Below the pieces are notes generated by a model. That model did not search any database. It was not told where the DNA came from and was given only the letters and a program-made list of their open reading frames with translations. The position numbers and the translations under genes were made by a program. Positions 1 to 15,019 of a stretch of DNA of 64,000 nt are shown here, piece after piece. This DNA is from Takakia lepidozioides (Eukaryota; Plantae; Bryophyta): NCBI GenBank assembly GCA_030704615.1, contig CM060731.1:94984001-95048000 (forward strand). The letters are read 5' to 3'. Position 1 is the first letter of the stretch. Every line of letters begins with the position of its first letter.

Positions 1-3000
1 CCAGCCACATTCGCTGCTCGTCCACATTTTTCTTCTGGATGGCATCTTCTAAGGTGTCACTCCTTTCCTCTCTCTGAAACCCCAACTGACGCTCCAATTC
101 TGCCAACTTCAACAATCCAAGCACATCATCTGGGCTGCCATCTTCATGACGCTTCTCGAGTTCCAGTCGTGATGCTGTGTGATTCTGTGTAGTGACATAG
201 CAACGTGCCAGCAGAAAACCTCCTAAAAAAGAATATCCTGAGGAGACATTAAGCTCACAGGCAGCCTTTGCCTGCTGCAAGGCAGTTTCACCATCACCAG
301 AATGCAGAGCAGCATCGGAAGCACAGATCCTGAGCATCAGGCTCATATGTGAATCCTCAGGCATGGTTGCCAGCTGTGTATGTGCTATCCGGCTGATGGT
401 ATGGTACAACTGTTTTGACTTCTGCGCCTGCATCTGTAAGGCGAGCACCAGACTGTACTGTGCTTTTCTGTTCCAAGGCTGTGTGTGTACCCACCTGCAC
501 ATGGCCCCCACCTTCCCTACTTTCATTATCCATCCAACTTTGACAAGTGGGCACAACACTCCGTATTGCAAAGGTGTCCATTTTCTGGATTGAAAAGACA
601 TAACCAACGAGACAGGAAATTTACTGCATGCACAGGAGGCTCAAAGAGGAAAGGTGCAAACAATGTAGCAAGCTAACCTTAGAAGCCAATCAACCATTTT
701 GCACAATCACTATTACCGTTGTAGTTGTGGAACCACAGAGCTTGCAGACGCATTGTGACTGGAGCAAGAGGAGAAGGATAAAGAAGGCCGAACACATCCA
801 CATGCACCACAGGCCACCATTGCAGCCACCAAACTGGTGCACAGTGCGCCTTGTTCAATTGTAGGGGGCAGGTGCACACTGCAGCACCGCATCACCGACT
901 TTGCCTTGCCTCCCGGGCTGCTCTCTATCAGAGTTTGTCCCAGCTTTGCCCTGCCACCAGCATGAAGGAGTAGTGAGTATGGCAAATAAGACACTTCTGC
1001 ATACCATGATGCCAATGCCTTGAAGCTTATCCAATCTGAAAATGATCACAGGATTGAACATAACTTGCAGACAATACCGGAGTGACATGTTGTTCGGGAA
1101 CGAATGCAAAGCCTTCAGGAGACTGCCAGCCACATCACTGGGGGTAGACTGCTTCATCCCCTGCATGATCTGACACTCCCAATTGCCTATACGTAAGATA
1201 CCGGCAAACACCAAACCTTAGTTAAATGGCAAGTGAATCTTAACGACTCGAAGTGACATCCAAGTATTCTCCTGCAGATTCAAGTCTCTGAGACATTGTA
1301 CCACATTTCAGGTAGATCGAAAAATGAGGAAAAGATTTAAAGAAAGCCCACATGACCACAATCTGGAAGGTACAAATCATCGAAAAGTGTTGCAATTTAG
1401 ACCTGCTTTCCGGCTGCAAGCAAGAGGTTTGCTTGGGGGCCACATTCATGCTTGAAGAGAAGGCCACAGCGAGACACGACATCAAAAACAGATGGTTGGT
1501 GGCCACTTGCAACTGCCAGTGCAAGAGCAGTCAAGCTGAAGTTAGCAAAATGAAATAGCTCCATAGGTGTATTGCAAATCTCGTCAAGTGCAGACTGTGG
1601 CCCTGTGATCCAATATGTCATTTTGCAGTAGAGGCTTAGGGCACTGGCATCTTTGCTTAGTTTGACTGCCTGCTTTGCTACTGCTGCTGCCAACCCCCTG
1701 TCACCCGCCTGCCAAACTGCCACTGCATAGCTTCGAAGTGCCTCGTGCTCTTCCAGTAAAATCCCTGTTCAGCACCGGCACACATTTCGTTCTGATGAAA
1801 ACCTTACTCTGAAGATCCTGATCCATCTGGCTCTCTGCAACTGTAGTCTACTTATTACTCTGCAACAAACCGCTTAAACTGCTCAATACATTCAGAACTT
1901 CAAGATAGATTAAGGACATTTCAAGACTGGGAATGAGTATGTCCCCACTCTCGGCCAATACGCATTCCAGCAGCCTAGAGAACTTCTCGACCAATGAATC
2001 TCTCCCCTTATAAATCCTAGTTCTTCCTATTCTGATGGCCTCCATCAGACGCAACATGCATACTCGATGTATATACATGCTTGACCACACCAGCATGACA
2101 AGGTGCACAGGATGCGTACAAAGAATGATGAGTAGGTGGACCCGAGGCTTCCAGTGGTAGTGCACCTGTCTGGCCACAGGACTACAATGGGGTACACGTC
2201 TGAGGATGCTATGTGAGATAGGGGAAAGATATCAGGGATCTACCGGAGGAAACACTAAAAGGGCAAACAACACAGCTGAACAATCTGATGTTCTCAGATA
2301 CCACCTAGAATAGCACACAACATCTTCACCCCACAAGTTAGTGTATATGCCGGGCATGAGCCATAGCAGCTTTCTGGCCTGAAGCGTGCATGTCCACAGA
2401 AGTAAAAAAGGAGTAGTCAGAACAACCTACCCGAGTCTGCAAGCTGTTTGTACTCTTGTATTGCAGCCCTGGGTATACTAGCCTGCCACTGAAAGCATGT
2501 CAGTGTACAACATTGCACTGAAGTATCCAAAAGTCATGGCTGTGATCAGCTGAGTTACCAGTACTACCGACATTCTCACCCCCAGCACATTTTTAGGCTA
2601 CAACCAAACTGCAACCAATCAGAATGATTAGAAAAAAGACTGGCCTTGCAAAGGACACGCGCCAAATTAAGAGAAACCATGTTATTTTGCTTGACTGTTG
2701 AAGACCCTCCTGATCCAGGACTTAAGGCAAGCGCATGGCGTGCCATCTGAAAGGCTGTGATAGCAGCTGACAAATTCCCTCGAGATTCACATGCAAGACC
2801 TCTGAGGTTGTGGGCCTCCGCTTGATGCGGGGCACGTTGCACAGCCTGCTCTGTTGCTGCATACACCTGTGTAAGCATTCAGCTTTGTAAATATTGCTTT
2901 TCTACATCCCATGGATATTTAGGCAAGCAAATGCAGGCAATGAAAACCCATGCATACTGAGTCTCGACTTAAAAAGTCCAGATAACATCTTTATTCTCCA

Positions 3001-6000
3001 AAATCAGCCCGACAACCATGAAACGACAAGAACCTGTGCAGACTGTAGCTGGTGTGCCCTTTCTGCCAGCTTAGCAAGGCCGAGCTGTACTTCCACCATC
3101 TGTTTGTACAGCCACGCTCCAGTAAGAAAAGCCTTGCCAATTGAATGAGACTGAATCTTACTAAATATGCATGCAGAGTTGGTCTTGCCTTAAGTTTCAT
3201 CACAAGGATAGACCAGAACTAAAAGGACAGCCGTCCTCATCACTGCTCAAACCCACATAATTCCGCAGATAGACGTAGAAACAGGCTTTGTTATGACTTA
3301 CAGGTGACAAATGAACAGCATATGAACAACTCGCCAACGCCTCCTCCTCATCCTCTTTCCTGTCACAAAGACATGCAAAAGCACTAGATAATAACCCACA
3401 TGCATGCAAGATATCTCCAGTTTAAATATGACATACTGATGTCCACCAGTAGTGGAAAACAATGGACGTGACAGAAGGTTACCTGCTCCTCAAGCTGTGC
3501 ACCAGTGCCATACCAGCCCACGGAAGGCCCAGCATTGGATCCGCACTTCGAGCCCTGTCAAAGGCCTGCATTGCTAACTCCTCATGGCCCTCCTCCAAAT
3601 AAAGCTGCCAGTCCAGGGCACACTCTAGTACATGCAATATGGCCAGTTTGCAACAGCATGTCCAGATGCCACTGCTGCTCATGGTTTTTGAATACAATGA
3701 TTGATTCTTATGATCAGAAATGAGCACTACAATCGGCAATGTATACCAAGCATACCTTTCCAAGGTGAGCCCAGGTGAGAGCGTGGTATGCATCCACCCG
3801 CAGGGCCTGAATACACGCATGCTGCTGCAATGCTTTGTGCTGTGCTATTATGCCCAGCATCACCCAGAGGTCTGCATTGGCCCCTTCTAAGTGCAATCCT
3901 GCCAGCACCGCTTTTTCTGCTTCCATCCTGAACAGCACCTGGCTTATTTCAGCAATCAGGCATCTTATTCTTCAGACCAGAGACAGTTTGCAAACGTTGA
4001 GACTTGAAACTACCGTGTTGATGAGCTCCTTGTCTTCTGTTGTTCAAGTGAAGAAACAAGCTCCAGGGCTATGGCCAGGTCTGCATACACACCACCCTGA
4101 GAGGGACACAAGTGCAGCATACGAAGGTAGGCCTGCCTTGCTCTCTTGCTTGCAGACACGCGCTGCTGGTACCATTCTTCGACCCTCGCATGAAGGTAAG
4201 CTGCTGCTCCAAGATTCACACCATCCCTGCCAGCCACTTCAACTCCTGCTTGCATGGTTTCACATGGCAATGTTTGAGCATAGGCAACCTGTGTCTCCAA
4301 ACCAAGAGTACACATCAGTCGTTTTCAAGTTACGCCCTCTCAGTTGCGTAACAAGTTTGACATACTGCACACAATTATGCTTGGTATGACATAATGCACT
4401 TGCATATGTTACAAGTCCAAGAGGCCAGCCACAAAAATTGGCAGGTGCCTTCTACAATCATGAAGATTACCATGAGGTGAAATGGGACCCACAAGTGTCT
4501 TGAAGAAAGGTTGGAGGGGAACAACTGGGAAAAGGAGCCCTTTAAAATGCAGCCGCAAGCAACAATCAGTGTGTTGTGGAACAGATGGTCAATAGTGAAT
4601 GGTGAATGTCATTATGGATCCGATGGCCAATACCTCTATGTCACCGAGCAACTTCCAAGCAGCGGCAACAGTGCCATGAGCTGCTGTACAGAATGATGCA
4701 ATGTCCGATGCTTCCTGCAGTCAATCTCCTGGTTGTCACAAACAATTCCTAAGGGTAAACCCCTTCATGCAGCTAGTCATCCATTGCGTAGCACATAGGA
4801 CCAACTTGGCAGCATGAGAAGCTGCCAAGACATTGCCATATGATGTTATTCGAATGACGTTGACATACTTTTGAACTTTGTTTAGGGTCATTCTCACAAA
4901 TCATCTAAGTACAAGGCATCATTGCAAGCTTTGCAGACCGAGCTTAATGATGCTCAGAAATGCCTCGCAAAGACTGTCCTCCCACCTTTCGCTCTACAAC
5001 TTTACAAAAAACTTATGTAGGTCATGATTAAACTCAATTCATTCAAACTGAGTGTACCAAACATCTTTCCATGCATGCTTTTGGGCTGCCTCTACACTAC
5101 TAGAAGCTGGCTTGTCTCTGCCACTTGAAGATGAGGGAGATGGGACAGTAGAAGGAGACTCCTCATCACAAACTACCATTAATTATATAAGCAATGATGT
5201 TGAGGTTTGCACTTGCACGGACTAACGTCTAAGTTATGACGATAGCCCAGCCTCGAGCCACGGAACTTGTCATTTACCACCAATAATGGAAATCTCTAGC
5301 ACCGGAGTATAGAAATCTCCAGCACGAGTATACTCCCACCATAACCATGAATATAGCTCTCAACACAAATTCAATGGTTGTAAAAAATGCAGAAGCCTTG
5401 GTGTACGTCCATCCAACTCCAAAGATTTGGGAGATGAAGTCATCAAAAACAACTAACATGGAATTGGCTAAAGATGTACTTGGAGATAAAATATTATATT
5501 GTACCACTGCAAGAGAATCAAACATGCCAAAATATTCAATACCATAAAGTGTTGGCAGAATTAGATATGCAACAGTGACTTGCTGACTTCGGGAGGAGAT
5601 TTGCTGCTCTTCACCTAAGTGCAGGGAACAGGTGGAAAAATGCTGCTATAGGGATGAGCTCACAACCATGCAAAGACGAATTAACGGGATAGAATATACC
5701 TCAAGAAGGGTTGCTCCCCATGCAAAGGCACCAACACCCATACATTCACGAGCACAACCTAGAAGTGCAGCTGCAAGCCCACACTGTGCAACCACATGAT
5801 GTGGTGCCTTTTCTACAGCACTACGAAACACGTCACTTGCCTGTCATTTGAAAATCAGTGATTATTAGTGTCTTTCCAGCAAGCCACAAGCACGAATTGT
5901 ATTAAGATGACGACAACCCTGCTTGGTAGAATGCTTGATAAATTTACTGCAGACTGTCCAGAACTTCAAACCTGAGTGTAGGATGCCAATGACAACAGGA

Positions 6001-9000
6001 TGGAGCCACTTTGCAATAAAGCAAAGACAGGTGAGTTCTTTTGCAGCGCCACTGCACGTTCATATGCCTGTCACAATCAGATGTGTATGATAAGGTACTC
6101 AATTCTCGGTAGAGAGCAGCAAAACCCCCTACTCAAGCAACACACTTGGAGTACAGAACCACCTTAAGTGCAGCAGTGAACATGCCAAGCTGCTGATATG
6201 CAAATCCCAGGGCCTGCAAACATGCCCCATCGCAAACCAAGGAATTAGGGATACTTGGAAAGCTGTCATTATACTCCCTGATTAAGACATAGATGGAGAG
6301 CAGAGACACAAATCAGCCAGAGATCCATGTAAATAATACCTCCCATGAAGCTCCATCAGAAGAGTAGCCTCGAAGAGCATGCTGCAGGTTTGCCACTGCT
6401 TCTGACCACTGTTTTCCTTGTACCTGTTGCATCCACAGCACCGTTTCCTTACTTTCTTCCTGCTAAAATCCCAGGCCACACCTAGACATCTCACATCCAG
6501 AAGAGAGAATACATCTGAGGGTTGGACAATTCCAGTGGATGAAGTAAAGGAACAAAGCTCCCAATCTTGGTCGAGCACCTATCCATGTCTCCGTCAAGTG
6601 ATAGCGTAGTGGAATATGAGATGCGCAATGCATTTCACTTCACACTTCATCAATGTCACATAATTTCAGTCAGGCTGAGTAGATCAACGCTATATTTAAT
6701 ACACAAACACTCCCAAACTTATGCACACTGGAAGTCTGCAGTTTCAGGTTTCAGCCAAGGACCTGCATGAAGCCAAGACGGCGCCAGGCCCAAAAAGCTC
6801 GCGGGGAATGCTGGGAGGCATCACGACAAACAGCAGCCTCCAGCACCAGCTGCCCTCCTTGCTCCAGCAAATCACATAGTGCTTCCTACAGCCCACAAAA
6901 GTTTTACTCAGTCCATACTGCCAGAAGTTGTAAAAGTCTGATAGAAATACATGTACAGGCCTTCAAACCAGTAATAGACTTGCCTGCTGAAGCAATCCTG
7001 GGACCGGGAACTAATCAGGAAAAGACTCACATACCCCAGCATCCTCATCCTCAGAGTCAAGCATGATTGCCTTCTGATAACAGCGAGCTGCACGGCGAGT
7101 GTCTCCAGCTATGTCACCATAGTAGTGGCCTAGATAGCGGAACACATCTGCTTCCCTTGGATCCAACCTTGCCGCTTCCACCAAATGTGCTACCGCTTGC
7201 TCTTTCCCTTGCTCACCTAGTTCCCAGTACACCAGACCCTGCAATTTATAAGCACATTAGGATTCTCCCATCTCATCCGACCTGCTGAAACTAGCACTAA
7301 CGTATCCCTGGCATACTATAGAATCTTCTTACAATTAGGTCTCCACAAAGCCAACACCAACAGAGTGTAGGCTGCATGGTCAGTTGGCAGAGAAATTCAA
7401 TGGGATTTTACAAGCCGCTACATACTGCCTTGATGTTTTATGCTCCATAACATGTATGTTCTATTCTGACATTCATAACAGGTTTCCACTCATAACAGGA
7501 ATATCTTGTCAGAAGCATGTGATTAACACCCTACTTAAGCCCTAATACACATTGTAGCATCAAGAATGAAAACACACCAGGCGGTGACGATAGCTCGAAT
7601 CATCACCACAAAGAACCACGGCTTGCTCTAAGGCCACCAAAGCTTGATCCACATTCCCCTTTTGAAACATCAGCCAGCCTTGCTCTGCTAGTGCCCAATG
7701 GTTCTGAGCATTCACTGACAGCACTGCACCCAACCTTGCTTCTGCTGCTTCTACATTCCCTTGAGCAAAGGCCACCTTCACCCTCCCCTGCTACCCACAG
7801 TGCATCTGAATATTTTAGGTCAGCCAACAATTAGTTTTGTAAAAGACAGATCTCTTAAGCATCCCCCTGCCAATTGGGTACCATTAATGTACTGCAATGG
7901 AAGTAAGTCAACATGCCAACCCATAAGCAAGTACATCAAATGGCACTTTCTATTCATAGAGAAGTGCAACCCCTGCCAGGAATGGCCCTTTTCCTAGTGT
8001 GAAACTATGGAGCTTGACAAAAGAATATGTCCGAGGCATCAGATATTAGCACCTCAAGTGCAGCAGTGAGCACTGTTTGAGCTTGTCTACTTGAAACTTC
8101 CTGTGCAGCCTGCAGAACAGCCAACAAACCACACAATCCATCAATGAGGCAAAGCTCTTGCAACAGGTGCAGGGAGCCATAATAAAGTAAAGTGCGAAAT
8201 TGAAAGCTCACCTCCACTATATATTGAAAAATGGAGTCTGCTTCCATGTAACCTTGTGTGGCAAGATGTGTGTGTCCAAGAATAAAGCGCAGGCGTAGCT
8301 CCATATACAGGAGATGCAGACCATATAGGGACCTCAAGGAGGTCAACGCTTGAAGGCCACGCCTCACACACTCTGCGGCACTGTTGTGTGCACCCTCCTC
8401 TGCTCGTACCTCTGCTAACAATTTCCATCTGTTCCCACCCACATTAGGACATGCGTCTCTACATCTTGCCAACTGAATCATGTCTTAAACTCAAGGCTGC
8501 AAGAAAAGTGCTGTACCCATTGACACATGTGTCATCAAGTCGCAGGGCCTTTTCACAGAGCACCCTCTTGCGCTCCAAACTGTGCACACATATTGCATAC
8601 ATTTCTGTCAAAGACAACAGAAGATGACAATAAATTGCCATTCTGGAGGAAGAATCCAAGCTTGTGCCCACAGCCAAGGACTGCTCAGTTGGTGAAAGAG
8701 GCAGGTGGCAATATCTATATCACTTTGCAGGTTCGGTGGAAGCAAAGTGACATAATACACGTAGATGGAGAGTGGACTACAGGTAGGAGTAAGTCTGGTC
8801 CATTCACTCAGTTCAGCCTACAATGGGAAACAGTGTGTACTAGGAGGAACGTTGCACCAGAGTCAGCTCCATCAAGCATAGAAAACCTGAAGCTCCTTCA
8901 AACCCACCAAACCCAATGTCCATGAGGCTAGCAAAGAAGGTTGTCATCAAACACCACACAATGAAGTCTACCTCATCCCACATTAAAGGCCTACAGAACA

Positions 9001-10746
9001 CACCACCAAACTGTGGGCCTCGTAAGCATTTCCTGATGCAAGGTAGCTCTCACCAAGTTGACCAAAAAGCCTCACTTCCAGGACACCTACCCCATGCATT
9101 GCTTGATGACAGACTGGCAAGACAGGCCATGCCTGCATCTACCTCCCCACCAATGATTTGAAAAATCAAACCCTTACTTCCCCAGGACAGTTCAGACTGT
9201 GTCTATCAATTATCAACACCCTCATTAGTCTGGAAAAAGCAAATGTCTTCGAGAATGTCTTACCTGCCATGCAGTACGGAAGCAATTGTCGCAAGAGCAA
9301 GGCCATGAGAAGGATGAATATGCACAAAACGCATTCCTAGCCATAACCTTGCAGCATGGACCCCCTGCTTCAACTGTTCCACTCCGCCTGTCTCACAAAA
9401 CAGCTCAGCTGCACCATCCTCTTCGCAATAAGTGAGGGCCACCTCAAACGCAGAAACTGCATTGTGAGATGATATCATCACCACACACTGCTGTAAGACC
9501 TGCAGCCGGGCTTCCCTCTCTGCATCACCAATCCACACCTGCAAGTAAGCCTTCTGCAGGTAGAGAACACACTAAAGGCCACAAGGAAAGATACATACGT
9601 CCAGTAGCTCGCGCTGCCCAAAGGTAATGGTCCAGCAGCATTCGATGGTGGCGCTCAAAATGCAGGCCAGGGTGCTGCAGTGTCCGCTGCAAAGCTGCTT
9701 CCAATGCCTTGTATCTCTCAGTGCGAACCCATGTCTGCTCTACTGTGCGGACATCTAAACCCTCATTACATGCCTGCACATGCCGCTGCTCCCAATCCTG
9801 CTTCATAGCCAGGTCCAGTAGTGCAGCCTCTGCATCAGCCACACCACAAAAGGCCTCCAGCTGCATAGATGGCGACAGGGTTTCCAACGACCCCAACAGC
9901 TCCCGCCAGGCGGCAAGCGCTTGTGTATGCTGCTGGGCCCTAGCAAGAGTGGTCGCCAGCCTTAGTGTGTAACACACATACTGCCCTTTATCGCCAGTAG
10001 CCTGCGCAAGACGTCTAACTGCCTCACATGCATCCACAACAATTTCAACCTCGCCTGTAACTTCATGCAGCTCCACAAGTGCCTGCAAATGACAAAATAC
10101 CGCTCCATTGAAGAAGGCCAATACTACCAGCACCCTCAATATAATCTGACCCAGGGAAGCTTGGCTGCTGCAGATTATTAGGGACTTTTATAGTTTAGTA
10201 TCTGTCCGAATGGAGAGTATTCGCCAGCATTAACTCTCTAGTTCGTCTAGAGAGCTGACGAATTTGAATGCGTGCTTTCAGGATACAATCGAACCCGTTC
10301 CCAACTCTGGCCAACCTCAATCATTTGGGAGCTCAGTTCCACTATTGACTGAAAGCAGACGATAAATTCAAGGTAAGAACACCAAACAAGTTTGCAGATG
10401 GTTGGCGAGTAGTGCCATCGCAAGCTTGGCCGTTCACTGAAGGTGCAATTGGGAAATGACACAACCAAAAGATCCAAACTCTAACAGTTATAGAGGGCAG
10501 TATACCAACCAGCCAGGCGGGCAACGCAGACGCATCGGTGTCCACAGCCCGGCGCAAGGCCGCGTGAGCCTGGGGGAAGTGGTTAGAGCGTCGGAGCGCC
10601 TGGGCTAGCAGCACGTAGGCCCCATAGTTGCCTCGGTCCTGCTTCAGCAACTGCTTGCAGCATCGCACGACATCGCCGTAGTTCGCCTGTGCCAGCGCCT
10701 GCTGCGCTTGTTGCAGCAGCGCGCCCTTGCCGTCTCCGTTCACCAT
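1..10746 (-). CDS. SKI3: Superkiller complex TPR subunit SKI3/TTC37, multi-exon, 3' end outside the window
   Basis: ATG at 10746 ([16 protein letters not shown]...). Many short exons, mostly bounded by GT-AG, encode TPR repeats. The spliced run [40 protein letters not shown]...RAARCYQKA / [38 protein letters not shown] / [15 protein letters not shown] / [17 protein letters not shown] matches plant SKI3 as I recall it. Individual exon boundaries are not all resolved. Confidence 0.9.
4960..5180 (-). mobile_element. Degenerate hAT-type transposase N-terminal (TTF-type Zn finger) remnant in a SKI3 intron
   Basis: The minus strand reads ...[21 protein letters not shown]-(frameshift)-FCKV, resembling the W..F.W...FCxxC TTF Zn finger. 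It contains a stop and a frameshift and lies in an unusually long intron. Confidence 0.35.
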
Positions 10747-13346
10747 TCTACCTACTGTTGAACGATCTTGACAACAACCCAGACTGATTCTGATACATGA
10801 AGCGGGAGGAGAGACGCACGCAAGCTCAAGCCCTAAAGTGTAGGGTAATAAGCAACCCACGCGAGGTGCTTCACAGGTGTGAGCCCCTTGCCCTGCGGGA
10901 AAAAAAAAGTGCCTTGCCCGGCTGGCGAGTAGCGTTACGTATACCTAGGGTAAGGGTTACTTTCCATGTAAACCCGTTCCGTTACATGACGCCATCCAAA
11001 AATGGGTTTGACCAGGAGTCATATATCCATTGACCTCGCGTCACAACTACTCACACCCACAAATCACCTACCCCATCCCAATTGTGTACATATGAGGTCC
11101 CATCAAATCTGCTTCTTTTCAGCTGAAATTTTGCAGAGATATGCTTCACTCAATTATGCACTCGAATCTGTTCTCACTTCCAAAAAACCCATGATTTGTT
11201 TTGCCATGTAAAATTTGAGAAGACAAACTCCATTAAACTCAGCATTGGCCCAAGATCAAACTTTATGATCTCATAGATCCAATGGTGAATTTTGGTTTTT
11301 GTTTTTGCATTGGATTAACGAGGAAGGTGGGCATCCAATCCAACGGTGGACAGGCATGGTTCGTCGCAAATATGGATATATGGCATCAAACATGCAAGGG
11401 GGTCTCGTCTACGAAGTCATTTTCCAACCACCCCGTGGTCCTTTAAGTGTTAAAGGCAGGACTACGCAAAGGGTTTAGGAGTCTCTAGGTTTGAGAATTT
11501 TTCACGGAGCCATTCAATGATGGACAGATATTGGATGAAGTATGTGGATGAAGTTCTCGGTTTTCATTCACATTCCCGTGCTGACCACAAGTAGTTTCCA
11601 TTCATAAGTACAAACTAGGGTAGGCTGTGCCATTGGCCCAAGTGTCCACTGTCATCTAAGTCTAGGTGTAATCCCCTATGTATCCAAGTGCGTCTCCTAT
11701 GTCGAGGCCCATGTGTGAAGAATTGAAATTGATATACTAAAATGAAGTTGGGTGTTTATTGGCTCCTCCCTAAAGAGGAGACTACCCATCATTGTCAAAA
11801 ATATGTCAATTCCCTGTTACACCCTCCCCATATAACACCTGCCCTAAATAAACCTCTCCTCAGATTACACCCGGTCCTGCACTCCCCCAATAAGACTTTT
11901 ATGAAATTGTTATTAAGTAATTTGATAGTAAATACCAAGGGGCCTGATTTGTGCGTTGTAGCTCCTAGGTGTTTCCCTTTTCTAAAATAAATTTAAAAAA
12001 TATTACCCTACCTGCCTATGCTGTCCAACATTAAATAATTCATAAATTCTTGTAAAGATTTTTTTTAATAAGTCACCAAATCCTGCCGAAATCACACAAA
12101 ATCTCAAAAAATCTCGCCGAAAATCTTCAAAATTTGCACCTTTGATGCCGAAGTTAAGGCAACTAGCGAAAAGCGTGATTTTCCCCACTCAAGTCATTGG
12201 CCATGTCCGCAAGCTTTTCCACAGTATGGTCTCTGTGAGCTCCGGAGTCCAGCGCCCAGCGAGCAAAAAGATTCGTCTTCTAGTCTTCTCTGGCATGGTA
12301 TACCTCGCAGTTCTCACAGCTTGCCTCAGTTCTCCAGCTTTTGGTCATCTAATATAATTATGTCATGTTGCTATTAGGATCGTTTGTGATATTGTCGAGC
12401 GTAGTCATGGGACGCACGGAGCATGAGGCCAAACACATAGCAGCGGGAATAATTCATCAACACTTTTGGCCACTACAAGGTTTATGATGATGGCGAGTCG
12501 GTACATCTGGTGCTCGATCATGAGTCAGGTCGATGTTTTTTCCCTGTTACCTATTTCCCTTCCTACATGGTATTGTCAACATGATAGTGGGTCCTCTATG
12601 AGATTCATAGCTCTGCCTAAGCCCCGAAACACTTTTTGTGATTTTTCACCCTTGGGGATTGCATGTCATTTATGTGCTTAAATGTTTGTGATTCTGCTGC
12701 TTTAATAGTTCAGCACAGGATGTGCAAGGTGAATGCTTTGTTGGATTGCAGGTGGACCTGGAGCTGGGCACAACTTGTCGGCTCGACTTACTAGCCAGCA
12801 ACCAAAGGTCACAGTACCTAAAAACAGACTGTGACAGTATTCTGGTCCTGAAGTTTCTGGCTCTCGATGATTGCAGCCAACTGGCAATCCTGACTAGAGA
12901 GATGATTTAGAAAGTAAGAAGACTCCCTTCTATCCTCTCTCATTCTGTATGAAGAATAGAACCAGAAATAGCTGTGTGTTATGTGCAAAAGAGAACTGAG
13001 TTCTGTTGTGTTCTTTCCTTGTTCTTTCTAGAGTGTTCAGCAAAAGTGATTGCCTTCTTGTTATCCTTCTCTTGGTGGTGGAAGGATGTACGGCCACAAG
13101 GGTACAGAAAATGATGAGTACATTCTTTGTGATGGAACTGAGTATGATGGTTATTATCCTTGATGAAGGATGATATCATGTGTGCTTGCTTGTAGTTCTC
13201 TGAACTTAATTTGTCCTACCTGGGTGCTCTTTGTTGGTTCATTTTCATCTTGCAACTTCATTGGTGGTTTTCCTGAAAAGTCTCTCTAAAGTGTTTTGCA
13301 TCATGAACTAACTTGATAGTTTGTATCTTGTGTTGTGATTGGCCAG

Positions 13347-13913
13347 GCAACATCAGGAGGCGGGGGTCGTGGTATGCCCCTAGGCTATGAGCCTAGTAAG
13401 TTTGTGAAACTACTCCAGGTACTACTCCCTATATTCCTCGTCCTCACATACTTGACATCGAGGGCTGCAAATGCCCAAGAAACTGCTTCATCTTTTTTAA
13501 TTTCACATAATTTCTTTTGCAAGCAGAGTTACGGGAGCAGTAAGCTAAGTTTGATAGGTTGCATCTGTTGATACTGGTTTTTGCTTCTGTGCAGCAAGCC
13601 AGGAGTGAGGCTGGGGCTACATTAAAAAACGATGGAGTGTATCTGGCATATTGAATTCCAGGTGAGCTCACCTTTTGATAACAATTGTCAACTGTCATGG
13701 ACACATATTATTTAGTCTAAGATCCTGGCGCTGTGCAATATGTCAAGTCACGTGTCTTTCTACAAGACAGTAGTCTTTTAGGAAAGGAACAGTCATCTGC
13801 TAAAGGCAGTTGTCCTGTCTAACATGATAATGATTTTTAAGTTGTGGTTGCAGGTGTTGGCTGATAAACACGGGAATGTGGTTCATTTTGGTGAACTTGA
13901 CTGCAGTATTCAG
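13347..13913 (+). pseudogene. accC: Three-exon fragment of plastid biotin carboxylase (acetyl-CoA carboxylase BC subunit)
   Basis: AG/GT-bounded exons: 13347-13418 (ATSGGGGRGMPLGYEPSKFVKLLQ), 13595-13661 (QARSEAGATLKNDGVYL..HIEFQ, with a frameshifting deletion) and 13854-13913 (VLADKHGNVVHFGELDCSIQ; conserved ERDCS changed to ELDCS). No flanking BC exons were seen. Confidence 0.85.
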
Positions 13914-14944
13914 GTATTCAGGCATGCACTTCAAGTATGACAAAGATGGAATGTGGGATGAAGCAAGGAGCCCAGGTGGAATGAGCTTCTTGGATTAGGA
14001 GTTGGGTGAATGCACTGTACGTAGTTGGCCTTTGTGTCTCTTAACCTTAGTAATGTCAGGGTTTTGGGTTATCACTTATGACCAGTTGGATTTGTTTTTT
14101 CATTGTTGGGGACATTGGGAGTGTCAGTCGGACTATGGAGACGATTGAGGTATGTCTCCTCGATGGTGTTACAACATTAATTAATGATGTCAATTTCTAT
14201 ATGATGTCATTTAGTTGCTGATTCGTAGTAGTCGTAGAATTATGCGTTTGACAGATGCAGCCCTTGTCATCTGCTTGCAGCTGGATTGAATGATTAGGAG
14301 ACCTGTGTGTCTTGGTGTTGTACTACTGGTGTGGGGAGATTGACAGTGATAAGTTGCATACCAAAGCAATCTGCTTTGAGAGTTTGCATCATGTTTCTTG
14401 TCATCTTACTGCCTTGTCTCTAACTTTCTCTCGAGTTCATGGTTTTATTGGATATTTGTTAGTTTAGTACATACCTTTATCCATAGAGATTGTGTACACT
14501 GGATACTTTGCTTGCCGTAGTGATGTTGACATGTTGAGGGAGAGCTCAAAAAAAATAAGGGCCGGTAGGGACATCAGGTGAAATTCAGTTTATTTATAGA
14601 GACTTGACTGGCGGTGGCCACTTCTCAAAATTTCGGGATGATTGGCAGCGGTGGCCAGCACGTGCTTGAGGTCAGATTGTGTAGTTTTTGTTGGTTTGTT
14701 ATTGTGAGGCTAGTCTCTTAGTCTACCTGCTTGCTTTGAAATAGGTCATGAGCAGTGGGCATGAGTTATGCCTGATAGTAATGCATCATAAGCTGTACCG
14801 AGTCAAACAGCCAGCAACTGTATGTTATAATCTACAGTGTAGATTGTGTGGATGTGTGTGGATGTAGACTGAAGTTTCCTACTTCGTAATGTGATGTGCT
14901 GATATATACTTGCTTACTTCAGCTTCTAGATTTGATGGCTACAG

Positions 14945-15019
14945 GTGACACCCAACGGAATTGCAGAATTGTGTGCTTATGACACCCCTGATGGTCTTTA
15001 TGATTGCACCTGGTCTGAG
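14945..15019 (+). pseudogene. PEX7: Isolated exon resembling the first WD40 repeat of peroxisomal PTS2 receptor PEX7
   Basis: A 75-nt CAG/GT-bounded exon encodes VTPNGIAELCAYDTPDGLYDCTWSE, matching the PEX7 (F/Y)DTxDG(L/V)YDxxWSE signature. No other PEX7 exons were recognised. Confidence 0.6.

Noticed and set aside
1840-2420. Solo LTR in a long SKI3 intron (TATA-like ctataaat near 2008)
   Set aside because: No convincing TG...CA boundaries or TSD were found.
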